From an uncultured Chloroflexia bacterium (GTDB lineage Bacteria > Chloroflexota > Chloroflexia > Thermomicrobiales > UBA6265), in assembly GCA_963724295.1 (NCBI GenBank), contig CAVRUC010000013.1:534039-598038 (forward strand): DNA of 64,000 nucleotides. The letters are read 5' to 3'. The notes below the pieces were generated by a model. That model saw only the letters and a list, made by a program, of their open reading frames with translations, searched no databases and was not told the DNA's origin. Positions 19,335-28,651 of the stretch are shown here, in pieces (position 1 is the first letter of the stretch; every line of letters begins with the position of its first letter). Position numbers and translations under genes: made by a program.

Positions 19335-21716
19335 TTAGACCAGCCCGCGTCGCACGGCGATCGCCGTCACTTCGACCCGGCTGTTGACGCCGAACTTGGC
19401 GAAGAGGCTGGCGACATGCGTTTGGACCGTGCGCGGACTGACGCGCAGAGCCTCGGCGATCTCCCGGTCGTGATGTCCCACTACCAGCAGCCGCAGGACG
19501 TCAAGCTCGCGCGGACTCAGCCGCGGCGACGACCAATCTGAGACAGAGGCGGCAGCCGGCGCCGCCAGCAGCCGCCGCGCCTCGGCAACGGCCTGCTCGA
19601 TCGAGAGGGCCTGACCCTCTGTCCACGCGGTTTCGAACGCGTCATCGTCAAGCTGAGATCGAACCGCGGCCAGCACCCGCTCGGCGTGGACATGGTGCGC
19701 CAGGTAGCGAACGCCTAGAGATTCGGCCACTCCCCAGGCGGCGCCAAGCAACCGCGCCGCTCGCTCGGACTGGCCGCGACGGTTCGCCACGCCGGCGATT
19801 CCCGCGAGCGTGCCCGCGATGCCGCGGCCGTCATCGCTGTCGAGCCAGAGCGTCAGCGTCTCGTCGTAGAGCCGTGCCGCCCGGACCTGATCCCCCCGCT
19901 CGCTGGCCGCGGCGGCCGCTGTGCCCAGCGCCTGAGCGAGTCCCCACAGGTAGCCTGCCTCCCGCCAGCCCGCGACCGCATGTTCAGCCAGGGTCGCCGC
20001 CGACGCGGGGTCGCCGCGCAACAGGGCCACGTCCGCGAGATTCGCCACGGGGAGCAGCGTCCAATGCGGAAGGCGCCCAGCGTCTTCCAGGCTCTCCATG
20101 AGACCGCGCGATGCTTCATAGCGCGTGGCGGCGAGGTCGAGGTCGCCCTGCCACTCGGCGGTGATGCCCAGCGCGAGCAGTGCCCGCGCCTGACCGAAGA
20201 CATAGTCGTGCGCCCGTGCCAGAGCGAGTCCTTGTTCGCTCAGCGCGGTCGATCGCGAGAAATCGCCGCGCACCTGAGCGAGCGCCGATGCCGTAAAGAG
20301 CGCATCGACGCGCGTTTCGGGAGGGACAGCGCTTTCGTCCGCCAGCGCCGCCTCGAGCCACTGCTGACCCTCGTGCGGCTCGCCGCGGGCGTAGGCGAAG
20401 GAGAGGATCGTCCCGGCTAGCCGTAGCACCGCGGCGGCGTTACCGGAGCGCAAGGCCCAGGCGACCGCCGTGTGCAGGTTGTCTCGCTCGATGGCGAGGC
20501 GCTCGACCCAGGCAGCTGAACCCGACGCGATGAGATGCGGCTCGGCCTGCTCGGCCAGGGCCAGGTAGTGGGCCGCGTGGGCCGAGCGAGTGGCACTCTC
20601 CTCCCCGCTGGCCGCCAGCCGCTCCAGGCCGAATTCTCGAATCGTCTCCAGCATGCCATAGCGCGGCTCGCCAGGGGGCGCCTCGGTCTGGATCAGCAGG
20701 CTCTGCTCGACCAGTCCGCGCACCCCATCCAGGACGTCCAGACCAATCTCGCCGGCTCCGGACGCGACAGCCGCGACCGCTCCCAGGCTACCCCCACCGG
20801 CCAGCACGGAAAGGCGCCGGAAGAACGCTTGCTCGTCGGCGCCCAGCAGGTCGTAGCTCCAGCCGATCGCGTCGCGCATTGCTTGCAGGCGGATTGGCTG
20901 ATCCCGTGGCCCGCCGGTGAGGATTGGCAACGGACGCTCGAGATGACGGAGCAGCGTCGGCGCGGGCAAATGCCTGGTGCGCGCTGCCGCCAGCTCGATC
21001 GCCAGTGGCAACCCATCCAGCCGCCGGCAGATGGCGACGACGGCCGTGGCATTCGCCGCGGTCAGGACGAAATCTGGCCGCGCCGCCTGCGCTCGCGCCA
21101 CAAACAGCTGCACGGCAGGCGCCGCGCCTACCTCCTCCACTGTCGGCGCTGTCTCGGCATCAGGCAGCGCCAGGGCGGGGACCGGAAAATCATGCTCGCC
21201 GGAGATGCGCAGGACGGCGCGGCTCGTGGCCAGAACGCTCAGTCTGGGGCTGGCCACGAGCAGCTCGGCGATGAGCGGTGTCGCGTCGAGCAGATGTTCC
21301 AGGTTGTCGAGAACCAGGAGGAGGTGCTTTGTGCGCAGAGCCGACACCAGCGTCTCTGCGAGCGGTCGGCCACCAGTCTCGCGCACTCCGACACTTTGGG
21401 CGATCGCGGAGGCGACCAGCGCCGGCTCAGGGACGGCGGCAAGCGGGACGAAGACCGCCCCATCAGCGAATGCTGTTTCCAGCCTGGCCGTGGCCTCGAG
21501 GGCGAGCCGCGTCTTGCCGACGCCGCCCGGACCCGTCAGCGTGACCAGCCGGACATCAGGGCGGCAGAGGAGGCCGGTCAAGGTCGCGACCTCCTGCTCC
21601 CGCCCGACGAGCGCCGTCAGTGGGCTGGGTAATGGTGCCGCGACGTGACCTCGACGCGGGATCGGGGCAATCGAGATCGGCTCAGTTGGCGTTCGATCGG
21701 GCGGCGGTGCAACCAT
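19335..21716 (-). CDS. ATPase (NB-ARC-like)-TPR-LuxR transcriptional regulator
   Basis: GPGGVGKT, LVLDNLEH, LDGLPLAIELAA; C-terminal LSPRELDVL...SPRTVQTHV. Confidence 0.9.
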   Translation of the reverse strand: MVAPPPDRTPTEPISIAPIPRRGHVAAPLPSPLTALVGREQEVATLTGLLCRPDVRLVTLTGPGGVGKTRLALEATARLETAFADGAVFVPLAAVPEPALVASAIAQSVGVRETGGRPLAETLVSALRTKHLLLVLDNLEHLLDATPLIAELLVASPRLSVLATSRAVLRISGEHDFPVPALALPDAETAPTVEEVGAAPAVQLFVARAQAARPDFVLTAANATAVVAICRRLDGLPLAIELAAARTRHLPAPTLLRHLERPLPILTGGPRDQPIRLQAMRDAIGWSYDLLGADEQAFFRRLSVLAGGGSLGAVAAVASGAGEIGLDVLDGVRGLVEQSLLIQTEAPPGEPRYGMLETIREFGLERLAASGEESATRSAHAAHYLALAEQAEPHLIASGSAAWVERLAIERDNLHTAVAWALRSGNAAAVLRLAGTILSFAYARGEPHEGQQWLEAALADESAVPPETRVDALFTASALAQVRGDFSRSTALSEQGLALARAHDYVFGQARALLALGITAEWQGDLDLAATRYEASRGLMESLEDAGRLPHWTLLPVANLADVALLRGDPASAATLAEHAVAGWREAGYLWGLAQALGTAAAAASERGDQVRAARLYDETLTLWLDSDDGRGIAGTLAGIAGVANRRGQSERAARLLGAAWGVAESLGVRYLAHHVHAERVLAAVRSQLDDDAFETAWTEGQALSIEQAVAEARRLLAAPAAASVSDWSSPRLSPRELDVLRLLVVGHHDREIAEALRVSPRTVQTHVASLFAKFGVNSRVEVTAIAVRRGLV

Positions 21717-21826
21717 GGTGGCCCTGCGACAGCAATCCCAACGGGGGTTCGCCGCGCATCATTGCCGCCACGAGCGCTGTCGTCAACTTCCTCAGAGCGC
21801 CCGCGGTGCGAGACGCCCGTCGCACC

Positions 21827-22279
21827 TCACTTCGCGGCGCGGAGTCGATGCTCGACAGTCGCCAGCGCCGTGCCGAATACCGCATGGGCCGCGATCATGA
21901 CCATCTGCCGCTGGTTCGAGTCATCTTCCGCGGCGGGATAGAGATTCAGCGAGGGCATCAGGCCGATGTAGCTGACGCCCCAGACCGCCGCGCCGAACAG
22001 GAGCCCCGCTGCCAGATCGGAGCGCGGTAGCACCGGGCGGATGGCAGAGAAGACCACGCCGCAGGCGGCGCCATATCCGGTGTGTGCGGCAATCCAGGCT
22101 GCCTGGAACTCCGGGCTCTGACGATCTGGATTCTCACCGGCTTGCTCCGCCATGTTCTCCGTGATCTCGACCGGTGGAGGCGTGACCATCAGACCAGCCG
22201 CGCGGCCGGCGCCGATCACGACCGTCATCGGCACGGTCGCCGCCAGGCCAGCCAGCGCTCCGCGGGCAAGCGTCTGCAT
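21827..22279 (-). CDS. Membrane protein (DUF1440-like)
   Basis: GALAGLAATVPM, AHTGYG, AHAVFG. Confidence 0.7.
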   Translation of the reverse strand: MQTLARGALAGLAATVPMTVVIGAGRAAGLMVTPPPVEITENMAEQAGENPDRQSPEFQAAWIAAHTGYGAACGVVFSAIRPVLPRSDLAAGLLFGAAVWGVSYIGLMPSLNLYPAAEDDSNQRQMVMIAAHAVFGTALATVEHRLRAAK

Positions 22280-22497
22280 CGCCCCTCCCTTCGATCCATC
22301 ATCGCCCGGCCCATGGCCGCGCGCTAACAGCCGCGCCGATGGTGATCGCCACCATTCGCCCCCGCTCGACCCATACAGGCACGTACCAGCGCAAGAATCA
22401 GACCGCTCGATCCTGTTGCAGCGGCCCACCCATCGGTGTGATCCCGAGGGCACGAGCTTGCAGGATCTCGTCGGTGTCCTTAGCGCGGCGTCTGACC

Positions 22498-22648
22498 GGT
22501 CGGAAGTCGGAGGTCGGAAGTCGGAGGATTGTCCTCCGGCTATCAGCTATCGGCCATTAGCTTCCTACGACTCACGACTGATCACGACTCACGATTCGCG
22601 GTCTCTCTTCTCCACTTACCGACTAACCGACTTACCGACTTACCGACT
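22498..22648. repeat. Composite STRR-like element: (GTCGGAA/G)n - GCTATCA - (CGACTCA)n - (CCGACTTA)n
   Basis: Tandem 7/8-mers; second copy at 31161-31301. Confidence 0.8.
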
Positions 22649-23138
22649 GGCCGTCTCGCCGTCCACATAGACAAGCAGATCTAGCCAACCAGGGGAATGA
22701 CCGAGCCGGGTCAGCAACAGCGCCGCCTCACTGCGGTGCTGGGTGGCATGGTTGACCTGATGCAGGAGCTGTTGCCGGAGCGGATAGGACCACGTCTCGC
22801 CCTGGAAGTTCACGTAGGAGACGACACGCGCCAGATCGGGCTCATGCAACGTCGAGACGTATTGCGATGTCGCTGCCTCGACCTCGTCCCAGCGGGTCCA
22901 AAGTGCTGCCACGTCTGGAAAGTCGGCCGGGTTCCACAGCCCGTGCGGCGACATTTCCCGCCACCGTTGCAGCCATAGCCACTGGGCGGACGCCGTGTGA
23001 ACGAGGGTGTCCCGGATCGAGTCGAAGCCGTCGCCTGGCGGTCGTGTACTGCTCCGGGGTGAGCTGCTCGGCCGTATCGAGGATGCGGGCGTTGGCCCAG
23101 GCGCTGTACGCGTAGAGCTCGCGGATCGCTTCGAGCAT
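22640..23138 (-). CDS. DinB-family protein; frameshift near 23040
   Basis: YSAWANARIL ... SIRDTLVH ... HQVNHATQHRSE. Confidence 0.85.
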
Positions 23139-23281
23139 GGATGCTCCTTCAGTGTCGGCCCTTCGACCGGCCGTGGCGACGTGGAGTGACTTGACAGAAT
23201 CTGAGCTAGGTGTAGGGTAGCTGGCGCAACCCAACCCGAGAGTGTCAACCGAATCTCGCCTCAGCGTAGGGAAGGATCATC

Positions 23282-24802
23282 ATGCGGCTCCATTCGTCCT
23301 TTTCCCTCATCTCCCTTCTCGTTCTCGCGATGCTCATTGGTTTCGCCCCGGTCAACGCCGGCCGCGCCCAGGAGGCAACCCCCGCGGCCACCCCGACGGC
23401 GCTCGCCTGGTCGGACTGCGCGGTTGGAGGCGGTTGGGAGTGCGCCACCCTCCCCGTTCCGCTCGACTACGCCGACCCGACCGGGCCGACCATCGACATC
23501 GCGCTGACCCGGCTACCCGCCGGCGACCCAGTTCAGCGGATTGGGGCCCTGCTCCTCAACCCCGGCGGCCCGGGCGGGCGAGGTGTCCATACCCTGCACC
23601 AGCTGGGCACGCTGATGTTTCCAGAGGAAACGCGCGCCCGGTTCGACATCGTCAGCTTCGACCCTCGCGGCGTGGGTGAGAGCGGCCAGATCGACTGCCA
23701 GCCCGACTTCGAGACCTACTACGAGCTCGACCCTTCCCCCGATGACGCTGCCGAACGGGAGGCCTGGCTCGCCGGAGGGCGTGCCTACGCTGCGGCCTGT
23801 GCCGCGAACGGCGGTGAGCTGCTGCCGTTCGTCGGCACCGAGAACGTGGTGAGCGACATGGAGCAGCTGCGGACAGCCCTCGGCGAGGAGACGATCTCAT
23901 TTCTTGGCATCTCCTATGGCACCAGCCTTGGCGCCCGCTACGCCGACCGCTACCCGGAGCGCGTGCGCGCATTCGCGCTCGACTCCGGCCTGCCCTCGTT
24001 CGTCGACCCGGTGACGTTCATCCCACAGTGGGTCGACGCCATCGAGCGCGCGTTCGACGCCTACCTCGCCGACTGCGCTGCCGCCGTGACCTGTCCGTTC
24101 CATTCTGACGGTGACCCGGCTGCCGCCTTCGACGCGCTCATCGCCCAGGTCGATGCGGCACCGCTGGAGGTCCCAACCGAAACCGGAACGAGACTGGTCG
24201 GTCAGCGCGCCGTCCTGGCCGGTGTCGAGGCGGTGCTGTCGAATGTCGTGGCGTGGCCGCAGCTGGCTACTGCTCTGCAGGCGGCGGCCAACGGGGACGG
24301 TGCGCCGATACTCGCCTTATCGGACATGCGCAACGAACGGATGCCCGACGGTAGCTACGGTCCTGGCAGTGCCGCGTTCCTGGCCGTCGGCTGCTTGGAC
24401 TTCCCTATCACCAGGGACCCAGTCGCCTACGAAGCGCTAGCTGCCAAGGCCGCGACCATCGCTCCCCGCCTCGGCGCCTACTACGCCACCTGGACCCTGC
24501 CCTGCGCCTTCTGGCCGGCACCACCGACCCCAGCTCCTCATGCACCTGTAGCCGCCGGTGCGCCGCCGATCCTCGTGATCGGCGCCACGCTCGACACCCA
24601 GGACGCCTACACCTGGTCAGTGGACATGGCCGGACAGCTAGAGTCGGGCGTCCTGTTGCGGCGTGAAGGCACCGGGCACCCCTCTTACTTCGAGAGCGCC
24701 TGCGTCGTGGAGGCAGTAAACGCCTACTTGATTGACCTGACCCTGCCGCCCCCGGAACTCATCTGCCCCTCGACCGGCGGGTTGTTCGTAAGGTCCGAGT
24801 AG
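23282..24802 (+). CDS. Secreted alpha/beta hydrolase (TAP-like peptidase)
   Basis: NPGGPG, FDPRGVG, GISYG nucleophile, C-terminal D and GH. Confidence 0.9.
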   Translation: MRLHSSFSLISLLVLAMLIGFAPVNAGRAQEATPAATPTALAWSDCAVGGGWECATLPVPLDYADPTGPTIDIALTRLPAGDPVQRIGALLLNPGGPGGRGVHTLHQLGTLMFPEETRARFDIVSFDPRGVGESGQIDCQPDFETYYELDPSPDDAAEREAWLAGGRAYAAACAANGGELLPFVGTENVVSDMEQLRTALGEETISFLGISYGTSLGARYADRYPERVRAFALDSGLPSFVDPVTFIPQWVDAIERAFDAYLADCAAAVTCPFHSDGDPAAAFDALIAQVDAAPLEVPTETGTRLVGQRAVLAGVEAVLSNVVAWPQLATALQAAANGDGAPILALSDMRNERMPDGSYGPGSAAFLAVGCLDFPITRDPVAYEALAAKAATIAPRLGAYYATWTLPCAFWPAPPTPAPHAPVAAGAPPILVIGATLDTQDAYTWSVDMAGQLESGVLLRREGTGHPSYFESACVVEAVNAYLIDLTLPPPELICPSTGGLFVRSE

Positions 24803-24874
24803 AAGGTCTTGGCGGTTGATTGTGAGCTGGAGATCTGCTGACCCAACAAGCCTCATTTGGCAAAGGAGAGGACT

Positions 24875-26075
24875 TTGCGTCTCAGTCAAGTCATCGTCTC
24901 CGTCCTCGCCCTGGCCACGGCCGGTTTCCTTCCCGTCGCCGCCCAGGAGGCCACCCCGGTCTCACCTCCTGCAGATGGGCAATTGACGGCGATCGTCGTC
25001 TCGGCGATCGGGGGTCCCATCGGCGTGCCGGGTAGCGATGGCCTGCAGCACATCGAGTATGACCTCGTGGTCACGAACGTCTTCAGTGCCCCCGTCGTGA
25101 TTGTCGACGATCGAAGTCATTGGGCCTGACGGTAATCCTTTGCTGTCGCTCGCGGGCGACGCCCTCGTGGCGTCGACACAGCCACTCCTCGGATTGACGC
25201 CATTGCAGGAGATTCCCGCGTCTGGCACGGCAGCGGTCCTGATCGATGTGGCCGTTCCGCGCAACGAAGTACCCCAGCGCCTCACCCACCGAATGACCTA
25301 CACGCTTCCCGCCGATGCGCCCGGGGCGAGCCAGATCGAGAGTCTCACCGTCGATGGTCCCGAGCTGGTTGTCGATAACCGTGCCCCGGTGGTCATCGTC
25401 CCGCCCGTGCATGGTCCAGGGTGGCTCAATGCCTTCAGCTGCTGTGACGCATCGTCGATCCACCGCGGGGTCCGCGCGGCAGCCGATGGAGCCCGCATCG
25501 TGAAGTCAGAGACGTTTGCCATCGATTGGATCCTGTTCCAGGACGGTCGCCTCTTCGAGGATGACGGCTCGCGCAACGAGCAGTGGTTCTCCTACGGCGC
25601 CGAGGTCACCGCCGTCGCCCCGGGCACCGTCGTCTCCGCGCGCGACGGCCTGGCAGACGGGACGCCGAAGAGTCTGCCAGGCACGTTCCAGGAGCCACGT
25701 GACGGTGCGGGCAATCACGTCATCGTGCAGATCGAGCCCGGAGTCTGGGCGTTCTACGCGCACCTCCAGACTGGGAGTGTCGCCGTCGAGATTGGCGATC
25801 AGGTCGTGACCGGACAGCCGCTTGGCCGGCTGGGCAACAGCGGGAACTCGATCGGGCCGCACCTGCACTTCGGGCTGATCGATGGCCCCAATCCATTGAC
25901 CGCGAACAGCGTGCCGATGGTGATCGACCACTACAGTTTGACCGGTTCAGTCGACCCGGCATCGCTCTTCGCCAGCCTCGGCGATCCTGAGGCCTTGTCG
26001 CTGCGCATGGAAGCCACCGCACAACCCCAGAGCGGTACGCTGCCACTCAACATGACCATTACCGATTTCAGATGA
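24875..26075 (+). CDS. Secreted M23-family metallopeptidase; frameshift near 25100
   Basis: Signal + QEATP; FAID, GNHV, YAHL, GNSGNS.GPHLHF; TTG start after GGAGAGG. Confidence 0.85.
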
Positions 26076-26102
26076 GTCGACCATGGTGATGGGTGAAGCT
26101 CT

Positions 26103-26708
26103 ATGACGCGCTCCCTCGTTATCGTCGTCCTCGCCTCCGGGCTGTCCCTGGGAGCAGTCGGTGGGGTCCTGGCCGGCTGGCACTGGTGGCAGGCGCCAGG
26201 CGGCAATACGCATGAAGTTCTCGCCGATGCCGGGATCGGTCACCCAATCTACGCGCTCGATCCGCGAGACGATCGCGCGCTGGCTGCCTATGCGACCGAT
26301 ATCTTTATCGGCCGGGTCCTGGACCAGACGGGCGCCGCCGGCGCGCCGACCTCGGCGCCCGGGCAAGAGCTGCCGCAGTCGCAGTTCGCCGTAGAGGTCT
26401 TGCATGTGGTCAAGGGCCAGGCAGGAGGCGTGGTCACCGTCAACCAGGTCGGCGGCCTGGACACCCAGGTAGGGGAGCTCATGCAGCTCGAGGGGGACGC
26501 GCTCCTCCGTCCAGGGGCCAGCGAGCTGTTCCTGGTCGTGGCCGTTCCCGAGCGCGGCTGGTATCAGATCGTCGCGGCGGGACACGGCCATCTCCCCGCG
26601 GACGACCCCTCGCAGCGCGAGGCCCTGATCGACCGGTTCGCTCAGGCGACCGCACCCTCGGTGAAAGGCGCGTCTCCTGACGCTCGATCTCTGGGAGAGA
26701 GGCTATGA
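26103..26708 (+). CDS. Membrane-anchored/secreted hypothetical protein
   Basis: N-terminal TM segment; stop overlaps the next start (ATGA). Confidence 0.7.
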   Translation: MTRSLVIVVLASGLSLGAVGGVLAGWHWWQAPGGNTHEVLADAGIGHPIYALDPRDDRALAAYATDIFIGRVLDQTGAAGAPTSAPGQELPQSQFAVEVLHVVKGQAGGVVTVNQVGGLDTQVGELMQLEGDALLRPGASELFLVVAVPERGWYQIVAAGHGHLPADDPSQREALIDRFAQATAPSVKGASPDARSLGERL

Positions 26709-27487
26709 GCCGCTGGGCGCGATCGGCAGGCATCACGAGTCTCGTCCTGACCTCGATCCTCCTGGTAGCTGGGACATCCACCCGCACCGGCGCCAGGGCG
26801 CAGGCGACCGACGAGCCGATTGATTTCATTCGCTTCAACGGCGCCGTCTATCTCTCGATCGCCTATCTCGCGGAGGACAGCCCGCCGGCTGCACCCTCGT
26901 CGCTTGCTCCCGGGGATCTGGGACCGGCGGTCGGTGAAGTGGTCACCAACTGGATCGACGGGAACGATGAGGCCCTGTATCCAAACGAGCCCTGCTATTG
27001 GGACACTCCCGACGGGACCGCGCCCCTGCTGGCGCCTGGAGACGACATCCACGCGGTGCACGGCTACGCGACGACGTTCCGTCTCGCGGCCCGTCACGAA
27101 GGCGCCCTGGTCGCCTATCAGGTCTGGTGCAACGACGAGGCGGAGGTCGGCGCCGACCTCTTTGACATCTTCGACCGGGTGGATCGCATCAGCGTGACCG
27201 CTGACCTCTCGGAATCGTCGGGATTCGCCGTCATCGAGGATCGCGCGACGGTCGCGGATTTGGTGAACATGCTCCTGGAAGGACGGGTCATCCCGGAGGA
27301 GCTCTCCTCGGCGGCGCCCGTCACCCACCAGCTGATCTTCCATCTCGACGACGGCAGCACATTCCGCGCCTCCGCCGCACCGGGAGAGCTCCTCTGGGGG
27401 CTCGGAGCGGTCACGGTGCCGGCCGCATTCACCGAGACGCTCGACCACGCGGGGACGAGCGATCCGGGTGAGGAAGCTCCGGATTGA
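26705..27487 (+). CDS. Secreted acidic hypothetical protein
   Basis: Signal ending ARA-Q; coupled to both neighbours. Confidence 0.7.
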   Translation: MSRWARSAGITSLVLTSILLVAGTSTRTGARAQATDEPIDFIRFNGAVYLSIAYLAEDSPPAAPSSLAPGDLGPAVGEVVTNWIDGNDEALYPNEPCYWDTPDGTAPLLAPGDDIHAVHGYATTFRLAARHEGALVAYQVWCNDEAEVGADLFDIFDRVDRISVTADLSESSGFAVIEDRATVADLVNMLLEGRVIPEELSSAAPVTHQLIFHLDDGSTFRASAAPGELLWGLGAVTVPAAFTETLDHAGTSDPGEEAPD

Positions 27488-27489
27488 GC

Positions 27490-28626
27490 ATGAATGCCAG
27501 GCAGTGGGCAGGAACGCGCCCCGCACGAGGCCTCCTCATCGTCCTCTGCCTGCTCTTGCAGGCGCCGCTGCTCGGGTCCACTGGCGCGAGGGCGACGCAG
27601 ACCGCGCCGCCGTCCCGGTCGCTGGACCCGGCATGCATCCGCTTTGACGATCCCAACGCGGTGGTCAACGGTGAGATCGTCTACGCGGCGTTCACCGCCT
27701 ACGAATTTGGTCTCGACCACGCGGTCGACGCCTGGTCCCCGGCGCGGGGTTTCGCCGTTGCCTTCCGGGAGGCGGTCCCCATCGGCGACGCGGTTCCTGA
27801 AGAAGCAAATCTGATCTACCGCGACGTGGAGATTCCCGGGTCCGCGTTCAAGGGGGTGACCGTGACCTGGGCTCACGCCCCGGCGACGGTCACGCTCAAC
27901 CGATCGATGCTCCCATCTCCCGAGACGACCGATCCGCTGGAGCAGGAGCTGATCCGGGCGGTGGTGACCCATGAGACCGGGCACGCGCTGGGATTGGGCG
28001 ACGTTCCGACGCCCGGCGTCAACATCCGTGAGTGCGCGAATATGCTGATGAAGCGGAGTGTCGACAAGGGCGGCGGGCACTTCACCGCGCCGCAACCGGC
28101 GGACATTGCCCTCTACTGCATGCGGTGGGGCGGAGCCATCTGCGGTAATCAGCCGGCGCCGATCGTGACGCCGGACCCGAAGCAAGGGTCGGAGCTGGAG
28201 GCGCACGCTTTCGCCTCACCAGCCCCGGCCGTCCAGAGCCAGACCACGACCGCGTATCGCTATCTCGTCGTGACGTGCGAATCGATCCCGGAAGGGGTCA
28301 TCAAGCCCGATCAGGTCGAACGCGACGAGCTGCTCCTGGACTCCGGCAGCCGGTGCGTCCGCGCGCCGGCCGGCGTCTTGTTCCACGTGCACCTGAGCGA
28401 TGGCGCCACGTCACTGGCGCTGACCGATCGCCGCGGCGAGTTTGCCGTTCAGAAGCCGAATGGCATCGGCGTCGAGGTTGACATGCCTGAGGGCGTGAAC
28501 GGCAGGTTCCCCTCGCTCCTCGGCTACCAGCCGCTGGACGTCTTCGACCGTATCCCCGCCGACGATCCCGCATGCCAATCTGAGACAGTGGAGGTCTGCA
28601 AGCGCGTCTATGTGCTGGTGCCGTGA
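27490..28626 (+). CDS. Secreted metzincin (matrixin-like) zinc metalloprotease with a Cys-containing C-terminal domain
   Basis: HETGHALGLGD (HExxHxxGxxD) and a downstream Met-turn (NMLMK). Confidence 0.8.
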   Translation: MNARQWAGTRPARGLLIVLCLLLQAPLLGSTGARATQTAPPSRSLDPACIRFDDPNAVVNGEIVYAAFTAYEFGLDHAVDAWSPARGFAVAFREAVPIGDAVPEEANLIYRDVEIPGSAFKGVTVTWAHAPATVTLNRSMLPSPETTDPLEQELIRAVVTHETGHALGLGDVPTPGVNIRECANMLMKRSVDKGGGHFTAPQPADIALYCMRWGGAICGNQPAPIVTPDPKQGSELEAHAFASPAPAVQSQTTTAYRYLVVTCESIPEGVIKPDQVERDELLLDSGSRCVRAPAGVLFHVHLSDGATSLALTDRRGEFAVQKPNGIGVEVDMPEGVNGRFPSLLGYQPLDVFDRIPADDPACQSETVEVCKRVYVLVP

Positions 28627-28651
28627 GCGAGGGATCAGTAGGGAGGGAACT

